A stretch of 63,935 nucleotides of DNA, filler included, from Octopus bimaculoides (taxonomy: Eukaryota), in assembly GCF_001194135.2 (NCBI RefSeq). It is 5 parts of 5 records of this genome, joined end to end, with 100 filler letters (N's around TTAATTAATTAA, not from the genome) between each part and the next. Parts side by side here need not be neighbours in the genome. Positions count along the whole stretch, not along the records: positions 54,419 to 63,935 come from NC_068999.1; 4 more parts are not named here. One strand, written 5' to 3'. Under the pieces are notes generated by a model, which worked only from the letters and a program-made list of their open reading frames with translations, was not told where the DNA came from and made no database searches. The position numbers and the translations under genes are program-made. Positions within the stretch are counted from its first letter, which is position 1, and each line of letters opens with the position of its first letter. This document shows positions 63,884-63,935 of this stretch, piece after piece.

Positions 63884-63935
<52 letters not shown>

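Overview
This is an AT-rich, gap-ridden animal genomic window dominated by microsatellites and transposons. The SINE families and repeat style are most consistent with an octopus (coleoid cephalopod) scaffold, which is an inference. The only clearly recognisable host-type gene is an intact 441-codon exon (33198-34520, minus strand) encoding an N-terminal Myb/SANT-like (Myb_DNA-bind_5, MSANTD/NAIF1-type) domain and ending at a phase-0 splice donor; no Harbinger nuclease partner is visible. Reading by hand also gave a candidate plus-strand gene of five small, phase-consistent exons (537-3688) that the ORF track cannot show; one of its introns is self-complementary from end to end. The mobile elements are five Dong/R4-type LINE fragments that mostly abut (TAA)n tracts, a near-full-length decayed CR1-type LINE, a Penelope-like RT/GIY-YIG relic, a Chapaev3-like transposase relic, a mariner transposase, a mariner MITE, and many copies of at least four tRNA-derived SINE families. 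One SINE-like element carries a degenerate minimal hammerhead ribozyme. There is also a perfect 36-bp hairpin. Four N44-TTAATTAATTAA-N44 spacers are assembly linkers, so continuity across them is unproven. There is no CRISPR array, rRNA or credible tRNA gene. I found no clearly new multi-gene system; the best leads are the cryptic small-exon gene with its fold-back intron, the orphan MSANTD gene and the ribozyme-bearing SINE.
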